DNA of 64,000 bases from Camelus dromedarius. Taxonomy: Eukaryota. The notes under the pieces are model-generated. The model made no database searches. It saw only the letters and a list, made by a program, of their open reading frames with translations, and was not told where the DNA came from. The DNA lies in NCBI RefSeq assembly GCF_036321535.1, contig NC_087438.1:9612001-9676000 (forward strand), in the 5' to 3' direction. A program made the position numbers and the translations under genes. This document shows positions 27,321-41,564 of this stretch, in pieces. Every line of letters begins with the position of its first letter. Positions within the stretch are counted from its first letter, which is position 1.

Positions 27321-28969
27321 CATGTTGTTCACCACTATTATTTCCCTATTAATTTGTCATGGCTACAGTTATGAAAATGAGTGCCAAAGAATGACAGAGT
27401 TCTATGCTTATCAACAGTACAGCAAACATACACTTTTTGGAAGTCACCAGAAGGCTGGCTGGCTCTTAAACCCACACAATCTGCTTGATCACTTTGACTG
27501 ATTAAGTGAGTCACATGAACTGAAAACAGTACACAGTTAAACTGGTTTTTAAACAACTAACATCAAAATAAGTCAGTCAGTATGTGAAAACAGATGAGAG
27601 AGTTCCTAGCACATAATAGGGGGATTACAAACAAATATTACCCAAAAGAAAAAAAAGGGGAGCATTCAATAAATATTTGTAGAAATAAGATTTGTATGTC
27701 AATATTGCCTCAGCTGTATTTGAACTTCACAGAATGACCCTGGATCCAATGACAACTAATTACTTTGTGACTTTCATTCTGCCAGTTCTGCATTTCCAGA
27801 ACCCTTCCATGGCGTGAAACCAATAGAAAGTGAATTAGATTTATGCTAAGATACAGACCCTAGTCTGCTTCCAATTATTATTGGACCATGGTCATTGCCA
27901 TTAACCTCCCTGCCTCAGTTTTCTCATTTGTAAAATGAAACAGCTGAACCCTGAAAAATCTATGAATTCCTTTCTCATACTAAAAGGTTTCCTAAAATAT
28001 TTTGTCTACCTTTTATTGACTGGCTGTTATGTAACCTGATATATGGAAAGCTGGTAAATCAAAGCCTTATTTTGAAATGGGCTCACCAAGAGACATGATG
28101 GTAGATAAACATGCTTCTCAAGCTACTCTACTCGAATCAACCCAGTTGGATGGAACTATATTTCAGCCATGTTATGAGTCTAATGGTTTATTTTTGTTCT
28201 TTTGGAGTAAAGAAGGAAGGGAGTTGGTAGACTAAACTCGGAAACCACCCACCATTTAATAAGTATCTTTGAGTAAAAGTGGTCCAAGACATAACTTAGG
28301 ACACATGAAATGTACAACCGAATTCCCAATCCCCGGCCATATTTGCATCAAGATCAGAATGTGATTACTATGCCTTTGGATTTTAGTTAAAATTTGAGCA
28401 AAACAAAAACACTGAAAATGACCTTCAATCCAAACACTCAGATTTCACAAAATTTAAGACAACCCGTATGGGAGGAATGGCTAACATGGGCCCCTTGCAT
28501 CATCTTAAACTGCAAACTGGGTAAACCTAAATGCCCATCCTCTCTAGAGGTAGACATTAATGCCCACCTTGCTGTCTTCAAAAGAAAATTTTGGTGTGTA
28601 TTTCTGGTAGTCCTTAAAACTCCCCCTTATGAAGGCAAATTTTCCCAACACTATGAGAAACCCTAGAAAAAATAATCTAACCATCCAGTAAAAATCAGTC
28701 AGTTATTCTAGGCCCTTATTGTGCCTACTTCCTCCTGTGAAATAGTTTTTGGCTCACCATTTATCTTTCATTTATACTTTCACCTCAACATTAATATTAA
28801 AGTATAAGATAATTAAAAACATTCTGTTATCCCAATGTAGAATCACCATGTCAATATCTGACCCTTTTCTCTAATAGGAATTTCATGTAACAATTTTAAA
28901 ATAAAGTTATAGTGATATGAAAACCATAGATGTACACTTAGTGTGTGGGTGATGCCATATTAATGAACA

Positions 28970-29435
28970 GTGAGGCAGAGACAATTTTCTGTCTATCAGC
29001 ATTTGAGCTTCCTCTCTTATACTGTGAAGTTGCCATTGCAATGTGCCTACCCATTAGGAACTGTATTTCCCAACTGCAGCCCCACCCCCACTTTGTACCC
29101 ACATAGCCATGATCATGTATCATATTCCATAGAGAAGTTCCATCTAAGGAATATGAACCCAAGTGCTGTGTGTCACTCTTGGGCAAATTATTTAAGAAAT
29201 GTTTTTGTCTTCTCTGTCCTTTCTTTCACTCTATGCCAGATGAATTCACAGGACTCCGAGACTGTAGGGAATGCTTGGTCCACAAATGAAATAAATCTGG
29301 GTCTCTGAATCACTGCAAGTAGACAAACTGACCAGGAGCACCTACACTGATTTGTTACACAATGAGAAATCAACTTTGTCCCTGAAATCTTAGGGGTTAT
29401 TTGTTACAGCATTTGGCATTACCCTAACTGATAGA
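28970..29435 (+). mobile_element. MaLR LTR (MLT1J-like), degraded
   Basis: ctgggtctctgaatcactgc...gagaaatcaacttt...ggggttatttgttacagca...ccctaactgata. Confidence 0.65.
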
Positions 29436-29454
29436 TTTTTTTAAATGAACGAAA

Positions 29455-29615
29455 TTGCCTAGTCTCCATTTTCTTACTGGTAATGTAGAGACAATAAAAT
29501 CCACCTTGAAGTGTTGTTGTGAGACTAAATGAGGTGAATATATATATATATATGCAGGCAGCCCAGTTCCTGGCCTACTGTAGGTGCTCAGTAAAGAATA
29601 GTTACAATGCTACCT
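29455..29615 (+). mobile_element. MIR SINE relic
   Basis: gcctagtctccattttctt...gttgttgtgagactaaatgagg...cctggcctactgtaggtgctcagtaaa. Confidence 0.7.
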
Positions 29616-31395
29616 TGTGTCCTTAAGTTTTCACCACTCTTTCTCCCACTTAGTTTAATAATTTAATAATAGTTCAAAAATAATTACAATTAATTATGTA
29701 AAAAATAGTGTTTAATTACTATGATCTCTTGCTTTTTTGGGCTTTAGGGGAAAATATTAATTTTATAGCAGATCACCACCCACTCAAACTGCACACACAC
29801 ATACACAAACAACACAAGCATGAAGCCTGCCTTTTCCTGCAGTGGTATTTTCAACTGCCAGAGGTTTGAAATGAAAGCAAGAGTGGAAAGTTTGAGAAAA
29901 GAAGCAATAGAATGCTCATACTTACTAACTCTCTTATTATTAGTTCCCCTCTCATTATTGTGGGCTCTCAGATATTTCTGCCTGGGTCTTGACATGAACA
30001 CACGCACATGCAAAAGCACACAAGAAATAAAATTTCACAACACAACCACTGTCTAAAGATTGTTTCCTTTTCCTTGGCCTTGATGGCTATAACTACATCC
30101 ATCTGCCTCAGTAGCTTCAACCAAGACAACTAATTTTGTGAGAAAAGTGTTAAAATATAAATCCTTAAGCTATTTTGAGAAATAGTATGCCCAAGAAGAG
30201 TCCTTCTAAATTTTAAATTTATGCTAATCAAAAATTCATCTTGCAACACATAACCACCATAGTACACAGAATTCATTTTTAAAGCTGCTTTTAGTCAGTC
30301 CATTTTGAATTCAGACAATGGCAGCCCATAGAACAACAGTAAAAAACAGGCACTGCCTCAGAACTTTCCTCAGTTTACACCAGCCTGGAAGTCATTGTCC
30401 CGCACAAAGACGGGCCATCCCCACAGGTCTGACTGGTCGGGAAAATGCGATTGACTAAGTCCCAAGCACGTCTGGTCAGTTAAGCTAAAAAGGGAGGACA
30501 TTATGTAAATTACACCAAGTGCTGATCCTTATGAAGTATTTTAATTATGTACTATTTTCAACTTGACTATAGTATAAATAAAACAGAGAATAGAAAGAAG
30601 GAAAATAAAATTTCCCACTCCAGTGTCATTACTGCTAGCCTGCTGGAATTCTTCCTCACTAGCATAGTTGTCCCTGTTTGTAAAGATGGAGCATATGCAA
30701 CTTTTTATAGATTTACACCTTAAAGTTGCAATTAGGTGCTCTCCAAAGATAGCCTTAGCAGATGGTTTACAATTATTCTAAGAGTAAGAAATTTACTTTT
30801 CAGAGCCACTCTGTGTGCCACCAGCAGAACTGGTATTATAGAACTCTCGCTGTGTGGTTGAGGGTTTTCCTTCTTTTGAAAACCCCCGCAATAGAAATGT
30901 TATATCCTCAGGCCTGGCTTCATGCTGGGTGAGGTCAACTTCTCAGGCCTTTCTCCCCTGTGGATTCACCTGAAAAATACACGTTTATATTCTCTCTCCA
31001 GACATCTTCAAAATAATTGTGTATGAAAGAAAACTTTCCAGAACAATTCTGCTTGTTTTCATTTTCTACACTGGTAAACAAAAGAAAATGGTGTTCCTAA
31101 CAATAACAAATGCCCAGAGAAGGAGAAAAATCTTCTCTGTGCAAAAAATCTCAAAGTATGGTAGATAGTATCTTAAAAGCAACAGAAAGTGAACTATGGG
31201 GAGTAGAAACTTAGGAACTTTCTGCATCATATAAAAATACGTTTAAAACTTGGGAAATTGAATGAAAACCACTAAAAATTTGCAAAAGAAAAGAGTATTT
31301 AAATCGAATATTAAGTGATTGCATTGTACAAGATTACTGCAATAATTACGGGGAATCAGTCAGATACAACGAATTAAAAAATTAAAGAACCCACA

Positions 31396-31775
31396 TGTAT
31401 TAGTTTCTTGGAGCTGCTGTAACAAGATATCGTGGTTAGTTTTAAGAACAGAAATTTGTCTCATAATTCTGGAGGTTAGAAGTCTGAGATCAACATGCTG
31501 GCAGAATTGGTTCCTCCTGATAGCTGTGGGGAAAAGCTATCAAGCCTTTCCCCCAAACTACTGGTAGCTTAATATGTCCTTGGCTTATAGAAGGCATTCG
31601 TCCCATCTTCACATCACCTTCTGTCTATGTGTGTCTGTCTCTTTGTCCAAATTCCCCCTTTTCATACGGACACAGTCAGAGTGAAGTAGGACCCACTCTA
31701 ATGACTTCATCTTAACTTGATTATCAGCAAAGACCCCATTTCCAAATAAGGTCATGTTCATGGGTACTGGGAGCT
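31396..31775 (-). mobile_element. MaLR solo LTR (MLT1B/C-like)
   Basis: tgtattagtttcttggagctgctgtaaca...ttctggaggttagaagtctgagatcaa...gcaaagaccccatttccaaataaggtca. Confidence 0.85.
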
Positions 31776-32999
31776 AGCCATTCTCACTTTGAGAATTAGT
31801 TTAAAAAAAAAAATCAGTGAAAAAAAAACAGGAATGATTTGCATATCCATGTCATTTCAGGACTTGTTTTAAAGTATTATATCACAGAACTAGCACAGCA
31901 TCTATATTGGGTTATGTAATAACCCAAACCACGAGCCCCCAGAGGAGCTCTCGGAACAACAACCTGAGACACTTTATGCTATTTTTACTTGTTAGTTTCA
32001 TCATCCAGAGGACAAGTTTGTTGATAAGTTATTAACTCAGAAAAGCACATGTATAACCTGTCATAAAAGGTTTCTTCTTTTAGATAGCAAGCTGAATTCA
32101 AAAATTTTTTTCGTAGACAAATTGTCAGCAGTTTCTGCATGTAGCTTTTGGAAATTCAAGGTCTATCTGCTGTCTTTATCACAGCAATTATTTTACTAAC
32201 ACAAAGAAGGGAATTGCCGAGTGGTTTTACTTCTACTTATAGATTTTGATGAGCAGCATTATTCCAAAAATGGATTTTGACTTTGGTTTAAGGACACACA
32301 ATATTGAAATGGGGCAGTCAGTTTCACTGGTGCTCAACAGACTTTAAACAACATCTATTATTACTCCCTTGGTTTATAGACCAGCTGACTCCTCCATTAG
32401 AGCTTGAACCAGAATGGAAACACCAGGGTCTGGAAAAAGTCCTAAGATCTTTGTTCTCTTGGACCCTGAGAACACATGTCAGTTGTGAGCAATGAGTTAC
32501 ACTTTGCTTATGTTGCGAGTTCTACCTAAGATATAGAACTCAATACAGCTCTCCTGGTGTGTGTCACTACAGCTTTGCAAACCCTAGACAAAGCAGTACT
32601 TTATGATTTGCTATTGAAAAGATTATTTTTTAAAAGGACCTGTCTGAATAAATGTGCATCCTTCAGAGTTGCAATTATCTCAACTTTTTCATAAGCTGGA
32701 GATTGTCAGAGAAAAATCATGAATCATTTCTTCTTGATGTGTTCAGAAATTCTATTATTTGTGTATGTATATGTGTGTTTTGTTATCACTGTTACTACAG
32801 AGGTACAGGCACACAGCCATGTGCACATTTACTGCAGACAAGAATTGAAAAGACATGGGATGGGAAGGAAGGGCAAGAGTGCCAGGCAAAATTCTGAGAA
32901 GGCAGGCAAGACTCCCAGGACTGGTGGACACACTATACAATCTCCTCTCCTTGAGCCTGAGCAGAATCCATGAAAATGGTGGGCTATCATTTCCATGAT

Positions 33000-33559
33000 C
33001 AGGTTGTGGTATAGGAAAAGGTGAAAAAAAAATTGCAGGTATAATAAAGGCCCCTAATCTGTTGACCATGAGTTCATCAGAAGGGAGATAGTCCTAGGTG
33101 GCCAGACTTACTAAGGTGAGCCCTTAAAAGGGAATGGGCCCTCCCTGAAGTCAGATATTTGAAGCTTAAGAGAGATTCCTCTATCAGCCTTGAAGGAGCA
33201 ACTGCGATGTTGGAGAGAGGGCTTGTGAGAGGGCCATGTGGGAGGGAAAGGTGGGCAGCATTGAGGAGCTGAGAGTGAATCCCAACTCACAGGCAACAAG
33301 AAGTGGGAGGCCTCAGTCCTACAACTGCAAGAAAATGAATCCTGTCGACAGTGAAGGAGCTTGGAGAAGGACCCAGAGACTCAGATAAGACTGAATTCCC
33401 ACTGACAACTTGATTGCTGCCTGCGAGACCCTAAACTGAAGACCCAGATAATCTCCATCTGGCCTCCTAATCCCTGGAAGCTGTGAGATAATAAATGTAT
33501 GTTGTGTGAAGCCCCTAGGATTATGGTTTTTGTTAATGCAACACTGGACAACCAGTATA
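33000..33559 (+). mobile_element. MaLR solo LTR (MLT1E-like)
   Basis: gcctcagtcctacaactgcaagaaaatgaat...ctgtgagataataaatgtatgttgtgtgaagcc. Confidence 0.8.
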
Positions 33560-34424
33560 GGACATCACAGAAGGGAAAGGTCTTAGAGGAAAGGGGAGAG
33601 AAAATTTAATCAATGGATGAGGTTCACCTTCCTCTTTTACTCTGCTTTGAAAGTACCCTCTGTATGGCAGACTTAATACAGCCTGGGTCAGGAGGAACAT
33701 ACCTGGGGATCTGGAAGTGTGTTAGCAGCTCACTTCTTTTGTTCCCTTGGAATATTTTACAGTGATGAATGTTGCTGTGGCAACATCACAGGATTGCAAA
33801 TGATTTCTTCTAATTCATTGAAGTAGTCAAATAAGGCATGCAGTTAGCAATGCTTAGGCTCAGTGAGAGCTCCTGTCACTGGCTGTGATAAATCTGTTTC
33901 CATTACTCCACCTGCCACATGAAAACATCACAATAAAAACTTCAAGAGACTGAATAGTTTTTTTATCTACAAAAGAATGCCATTTCCCCCAGGAGAAATA
34001 CAACTGTCCATATTACAGGTAGCTAACTATAATCATGGAAATTATTCTTCATTAAGCTGTCTTTAAACTCCAGTGAAATTGTCTCAATTCTGTTTAGTTA
34101 ACTATCAATACAGCAACAAGTAAAAGTCATTCAGGTCTTTAGCTAATTGTTTCCTTTACAAAATGAGCACTTTATTAGAAGACATTTTTAAGCAAAACTA
34201 ATAAAGTTTGGCCATATCTGAAGGCTTAAAAAAGTTAAATGGAGCCCTCAAACAAATGAAGTGTCATTTTATCAGGCGTCTGATCACAATTAAATAATGG
34301 TTCAACCCTTAAAATGTCTCTAACCACCAGACTGGAAAGGAATAATACAGCAAGAAATCTCTAAGAGCCTTCTTGCAAGCAAGTACTACTATGTCACATA
34401 TAACATTAAACACTGAGGCCTCTG

Positions 34425-35245
34425 ATGTGCGTTTTCTTACCTGTCAATCGTTATCCATCCATTTCCTGTAAACCAAATCCTGATTTTGTTCAGTGCTTTG
34501 TGACTGTGCACTTTCTGGGAAAGCTGTATTTCTCCCCATCCCAGCATCTGAATTGCATTCAGTCTAAGTTAACAATTTTAAATTTTTATCTCTTATCAGC
34601 TTCACCTGGAGGGATTTTTAATTCAATTTGCTGGTCCCACCCCCAGAACTTCTAACCCAGTAGGTCTAGGGTGAGGCCTAAGAATGTGCACTGCTAACAA
34701 GTCCCCAGGTGATACTGACAGTGCTGGCCAGGGGATGGCTTCCAATGTGAGAACCAAGCCAACCATTTCTCTCTCTAGTGAGTGATTTGCTTCATTGAAG
34801 GCCTATGATTCTATTCTGAACACTAAGCCAAGAGGGAAAAAATCTGATGAGAGCTTTGGGAAGATTTTCCAAGATTTTTTTAAAAGTACACTTGAAATTA
34901 ACATTGTAAATCAACCATACTTCAAAATTTAGAAATAAATGAATAAATAAAAAAGAAAACAAAAACCTGAGATATACCAGCAAACTTCCTCCCTTCCCTG
35001 CTCCTGAATTTGTTGATTTTATCTGATGCTAGAATTTGGGTACTTATTTCAGGGGTAGACAGCCTAAAAGAACAAGCCAATGTGACAGGTTGGAAAGTTA
35101 GAAAGAACCCGGATCCTGAAACTGGTGAATTACTGAGCTAACCAGACCTGGAACACTCGCCTTCTGACCTTGTTAGTTCACATGGTTGATTAGCTTTAAG
35201 CCAATGGTTCAATTTCTTATTACTTGGAGTCTAAATCTCCTCAAC
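34425..35245 (+). mobile_element. Old MaLR LTR (MLT1K/L-like), interrupted by MER5A (~34590-34757) and a short L1 3' tail (~34885-34960)
   Basis: MLT1K-like cctgattttgttcag and tttaagcca...ttattacttgg. MER5A cagtaggtctagggtgaggcctaagaatgtgcactgctaacaagtccccaggtgat. L1 tail acattgtaaatcaaccatacttcaa followed by A-rich sequence. Confidence 0.6.
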
Positions 35246-38200
35246 AGAACCATCAAAATTGGAGCACTCTATCATTATAGGGTTTAGATTAAATAAATAA
35301 GAAAAATATTATTAATAAAGAATTTCTTATTATATGCCCCATGTATTATTTGTGTTCTGGGTCCTACTGCCTTAGATATTTAAACAATCAGTCTTCTATT
35401 ATGAAAACTGGTCAGATTCTAAACAGTGTTTTTGATCTTTTATAAGAGATGGAGGGGAGAGAGTAAGACAGAGTCATTATTAAAATGTAAAACTAAATTT
35501 AGAAATATGTTTCAAAATATTAGTATTCCAAACTTAAGTTTAAGCATTTGCATTATTGTCAATAGTGAGCAGGTTAAAATGAGTTAACTGATTAAAATTA
35601 AGGAGCTGAATAGTTGGCTTGTAAAAGGGTTTTTGTTGTCATTTCATTTTTCTTTTCTAGGTTAATTCTGTGTTTTATTCATATTTGGGTCAGTCAAAGG
35701 CTTCAGGCAACCTACTCTGCAGGAGAATATTTAGCACCTCAGTGTCTTCCTGCCCTACCTGCACCTGCAGATGGGACAGGAGAAATCATTCTTTATGTCA
35801 AAATGGGGCAGTTCTCTGGGCCTTCAAGTCAAGGTTTGGGCTGCCATCCTAGTTAAGAATTATTCAGGCTGTGAAACTGACAATAGAATGTTTGGCTTTG
35901 TACTCTTCTGACATTATTTTGGGAACTCCAACTCCTCCTCTTGGAGAGACCCATGTAGTGTCATGAGTGAGATCTGCAGGATCCAAGGACATCTTGGCCA
36001 CTCCCTCTGGTGAAGTCTTTCCCATCCAAGGAACTCCTTTCCAGAACTAACAGCAAACACCACATCTTTTACGAAGGTTTAAATGGGCTTATCTCATCCT
36101 CTCTGCCATGGGAGGAGTGCAGGGACCTGATCAGGACCACAACCAGCTCCCTGGCCACCGTTAAAGCCTGATGTAGGGCCAGCGCCAGCACCAGGGCCAG
36201 CGCCAGGACTGCAGTCAGTGCAGCCGGCTCGTGGGTTTGGGATCCCCCAACGATGAGTGCATAGAGTCTGGAGATGTGTGGAGTCCAGCGCTCCTGCCTG
36301 AGGTCTAGGAACCCCGCTCCACGCTCCTGTCACTTTGTCATTTTGTTTTGCGCCTACTATGATAAAGCCTATAACAGCAATCTTAAGGTTCAGATATTTG
36401 CAAATCAAAATCCACTGGGAGATCAGTTTATTACTTTAAATGCCCATCAGAAAGGATCAAACCCCGTCTATGGAAAAGAACCTACAAAGTTCTTCATAAG
36501 CCTTCCACTATGAGAGAGACAATGGAAACTTCACCTTGAGTTCTGTCCCGGGTAATTCAGTTACTGCAATGCTACAAGAACCTCATTACAGAGCAGCAGG
36601 AGATTCCCCAGGAGGCCTTGACATACTAATTATTGTCCGTCTTTTTAAAGAAAGAAGCTTAGTCATCTTGTCTAATGTCAAAAATGATGAAAATATACCT
36701 GTCTAGAGGCAGAGGGAAGGAGTTGATCTCCTGAGATACATTTAAATCAAGTTCCATCATTTTAAAAAAATAATTTGTACTGAAGTTTTCTTCTAGACAA
36801 AGCTCTTTTTGGTCTCTGTATATCATTGCTTCTTTATTCTCTATTAAGTTTATTTTCATAGAAGTCTCTTTGTCACACACAGAAGTACTGTATATAGTTA
36901 TAAAGTGCAATGGAACTAGAAATAAATGAATAGTCATTTGAAACATGAATCAGTGGCTTTCACACTGGTGCTCTGCAGAAGAGCTTAAGAAGTCCCCCAA
37001 AGAATAAAGTATTTTTTACCAACAACGATTATTTGAACTGGCTGAAAAAGCCTACTCAGTAAGCCTACCATATTCATATATCAGGAGTATGGGTAACATT
37101 TTCATTGATTTATTTAAGTCTACTGTTAAAAAAAAGAAGAAGAAGAGAAAATACAATCACAGCATCAAAACAGTAGACTATTAGTCTATTTGAACACTAA
37201 ACGTTTTAAAGAGAGTCTTTCCTTTTAACTCATTGCTTCTCTGGACTCTAGAGACTTTAAGTTTTTCAGAATGTGCCCTATTTTCAGGTTTTTTTATTTG
37301 TGCTCCTTCTCCCAATGACTTGGAAAGTCTTGATCAGTTATTTTTCTCTAGGGAAGAAAACTCCATGGAAAGTGTATTATTAAATTTAGCTTGTTTCTAA
37401 ATAAGATGTATTTTTTAATTTTAGAAGCAATAGCCATAGAAAATTAGGAAAAATTGGGAAATAGAAAGGGAAGAAAAACTTCATATTTTCAATACCCAAA
37501 GACACACAGCACTAATTCATATTTTCATAAATTCCCTTAAAGTTTTTTCTCTTTGTTTTGATCTCTACATTTTTCAAAATTTGAAAACTTGGATCCATTC
37601 TCTGGCAATGGTTTTTCACTGTCCTTACCTCTTTCCTCTGATTGTACCTACCTAATAAATTTTTGTGTTCTTTAATTTTTTACCTTAAACCTATTCTAGT
37701 TTCACTCGCTGCTTAATATAATCAATATGCCTGGTTTTATCCCATCTATAAGCTGATAAATCCCAAATAAAAGTCTTCTATTTATACAACTTTCTGATGA
37801 TTAAACTCCACTCAGATGTCTTTAAACTTAAATATCTAAGTCTGCACTTTCTTCTCTGCTTTCTTAAGATTATTTTGGCTTTGAGCAAGAGAAAACCAGT
37901 CAAAATTGTGTAAATAAAAATAACTTGTTGATTCCAGGATAGAACTGGCTGGATACAGAAGATCCAGCACTGATACCAAGTCTAACTGATCATGCTCCAT
38001 CTCTATGCTACTAGTTTCTTTTCATTTATTTTTTTAAATTTTATCTTCAGATTGATAGCCATTTGTGACCACAAGATGACTAGCATCATGTCCCCAATCT
38101 ACATGCTTACAGGTTCTAATCAAGCAGAAAAAAAGTGAGCAGAACTCTGCAGCTTCTGTTTTCAATCTTTTCCCAGTATCCCCACCAAAGTTCCAAGAGG

Positions 38201-38964
38201 CCCTCAGATTAGGTCACACACCCAACACTACATCAATCATGTTGGCCAGAAAGATGCATTGGCTGCTCTGTTTGGCCCTGACTCTCACTCTTTGTAGGGT
38301 TCCTAGGGACCTCCCAAGGACTGAGAGTTAAGGAAAGAGGTCTAGAACCTCAGATGAAAATCAGAGCTTCTACTAGAATAAAGCAACTGGATGCCAGGCA
38401 TTTACAAGTACCATTTGACCCTCCTTTAGTTAATGACGCTAATTCATCCAATTCCAAAACTTGACAAACTTGACTGTATCTCCCTCCCATTGTAGCCAAA
38501 TGGTGGACAACCTTATCACTTTCATTTCTGCAATTTTATTCAAAGCTATTCTCTCCCTGGATTCCCACTACTCCTCCTTCACACCTGGCTGTCTCAGATC
38601 CTCACAACTGATTCTTCCTGTCACTGCTCTTATATGCACAGCATTCATTGAAACACCACTGATTTATCTGAAATGTGCTACTTCACCACTTTAATGGTTT
38701 CCTCCACTTCCCAGACAAGAGCAGTGCCTCTGCACCTCTCTTCAGTTGTGGCCTTATCTATCCTTGAAGCAAGCTTTTAAATATATTGCTACACTCCCTC
38801 TTTCTTATAGACACATTGGCCAATTTTAAATTCCCCAAACACTACATACTCTCTCATTCTTCTGTCCATTCCAATTTATGTTTTCTCCCCTGAAATATCT
38901 TTCCTTCACATCTCCTCCCTTACCACCCTTTCCCACCACCAGTTGAGACAATCTAATTTCTACC

Positions 38965-39455
38965 TGATTCATTTCCTATTGCTCCTGTAAGAAATTACAG
39001 CAAACTTAATGGCTTAAAACAACACAAATTTATTATCTTGAAGTTCTGGAGGTCAGAAGTTCAAAATAGGTCTTATAAGGCTCAAATCAAGGGGTCAGCA
39101 GAGCTACATTCTTTCTGGAGGCTCCAGAAGAGAATTCATTCCTAGCTTCTGGAGGTTGCCTACATTTCTTGGCTCATGGCCTCCTTTCATTTTCAAATTC
39201 AGCAATAACATCACTCTGTCCTTTGATTCCATCATCACATTTCCTTGTGTGATTGTCCTGCCTCCCTCTTCCACTTGTAAGAACCTTGAGATAACACTGG
39301 ACTCACCCATATAATCCAGGATAACCTCCCCACCTCAATAGCCTTAATTTAAATCTTTTGTATGAAGTCCATTTTGCCATATAACGTAACCTGTTAACAG
39401 GTTCCAGGGATTAAGATGTGGACATTTTTGAGAAATCGTTATTTTACTTACCACA
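38965..39455 (-). mobile_element. MaLR solo LTR (MLT1D-like)
   Basis: tttcctattgctcctgtaa...ggcttaaaacaacacaaatttattatctt...ataatccaggataacctcccc...caggttccagggattaagatgtggacat. Confidence 0.85.
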
Positions 39456-41564
39456 CCCACATTTTCTTTAAGAAACCAGTTTCAGCATGACCTGCTTTTA
39501 GACGTTCTTCTGGCCTTATGTCTATTCTGGGTTTCTCATCTTTATTTGCTTAATACCCTGTAACCTACACTTTGGTACTAAATACCCACTCTGTCTCTCA
39601 TGCAACTTTACGAGTTTCTCATGCAAATCAACTTTGATTTATTCATTTCTGAGTGATAATGTGTGTCTGGCTCAGCCTAGGAAATTAATGAATGTATTAT
39701 AGTTCTATAGTCCTCTAGCCATCAGCCTAAAAGCTTGATAGTTTTGATCACAGAATCCCAAGCTAATCTCAATGTATCCCAGACTGACTCATAATTAAAC
39801 TATTATACATTTTAATGGAATTTGACTAAAACTCACTTTATTTTCTAAATTTCAACCCTACCAATTTTATCTCTGAATTTTAGTATTTTATATAATAACG
39901 GGTCATTGCACTTGATCAACTAAGAAAGAGAAACGCTAAATTCTTAAGTAAAGCTTTAAGTTACTTCTTGGTTTCATCTGTTATAACGAAGCTCCAAGTG
40001 TTTCCTAAGAAGGAAATTCTAGGAAAAACAACTAAAAACTAAACTGTGGAAACTACGCAGTCAATCATGAATACATGCATTTGACAAGAGTGTGTTTAAA
40101 CTTCTATTCTCTGTGTCACATTGACAAAATGTTCACTTCTCAGCCAGTCTTGGAGCTCTGTTTTGCCTTATGACAGAGGCACTTTTCAACTCTTGAAGCA
40201 CACATCCATCTGAAGATACAATAGGAGCCCTGCCAGGATCAATGCGAGGCCTATAGCTGAATAACATATCAGCAGAAATCCAATCACCACCCCTGTGCCC
40301 TCCTTTTCATCAGAAGCTCTGAAGTAGTCTCACCCATAAGGCAGAATATGATCATAGTTTATAGAAGCACACTTGAAGCTCAATGAGCTGATTGTCAAAT
40401 AACAGGAGACTTGATCCAGATGGTTTTGAGTAAGTAAGAGTTTGCTGCAGGAGTTCATTAAGGAGGGGATCTGCCAAAAATGTGTGAGAAAGCTGTGCAG
40501 ATGGTCACCGTGATATTTCAGTGGAAATAGTATGTTTTCCTATAGATTGAAAGACTCGACGTGTCTAAAAGTGAGCTAGGTCGGCAGACGTCTGCAGTGC
40601 CACACTATCACCAAACCAGGATGCAGAGACCACAAAACCGGAAACGGTACGATTGTGGGTAAGGTATTCATTTTTCCAATGAATCTTCTTAGAATTACTC
40701 ATTGCCACAGCAGAAAAATACCTAAAATTCTTATTTCTTGATTGTGATTATAGAGCCTTGATGCATGATTATCAGTTATTTTTTTATGTTGCCTAATATC
40801 TACTTCCACAGAAAACAGTAGATGCAGTTGTCTGGTCCTCATTTGCACCATTCATCAAATTAGCCAAGTATACATCTATCTAATGATGTGAATATGTCTG
40901 TGTTTTGTGTGGGTGTAGTGCTCTGAATTCAGATTCTTGGCAATAAAACAATACATTATCTTATTTACTGGGATACTAATCCATAAGTGCTGCCTCTTTA
41001 AACCTTCTGCTTTGTTTCAATAAAATAGTATATGCTAAAAAAGAAAAGATTTTCCTGAATAAGCTATCATTATCAAATTATCTAACACATGCAGATAGCA
41101 GTCAATTAGAATGGAACATAACTGCAGGTAAAACTAGCCCCTGTAAATTTGTTTCTTTAAGTTCTTTGGATGCTAACTGCCTACCAACAATATGACCTTC
41201 TTATCTCACTTTGGAAACATTTTGTTTTACTGGAGAAGACAACTGAGTTCCTGTTCATACAAGTCACCTGCCAAAGACACACATTCCTTTGATAACTATG
41301 TAAGTTTAAAAAGCTAAAGCTCTAAACTGTTCTTAGAAACAATGAACAATACATGTATGCAAATTTTAAAGTGATTTTCTCTCTCAATGAGTTGCTTTTC
41401 CTAGAATAAACTTTGTTTACCCTAAAAAATAATAAAAAATAGATTTAAAAAAACACAAATCGGATTGAGATTTTTACTCATGACTGTCATAGTAGGAGAC
41501 TGTAAATAAGGAAGAATTTTATTTTTTGTCTTTTTTTATTTTATTTTATTTCCCAGAGATGGAG

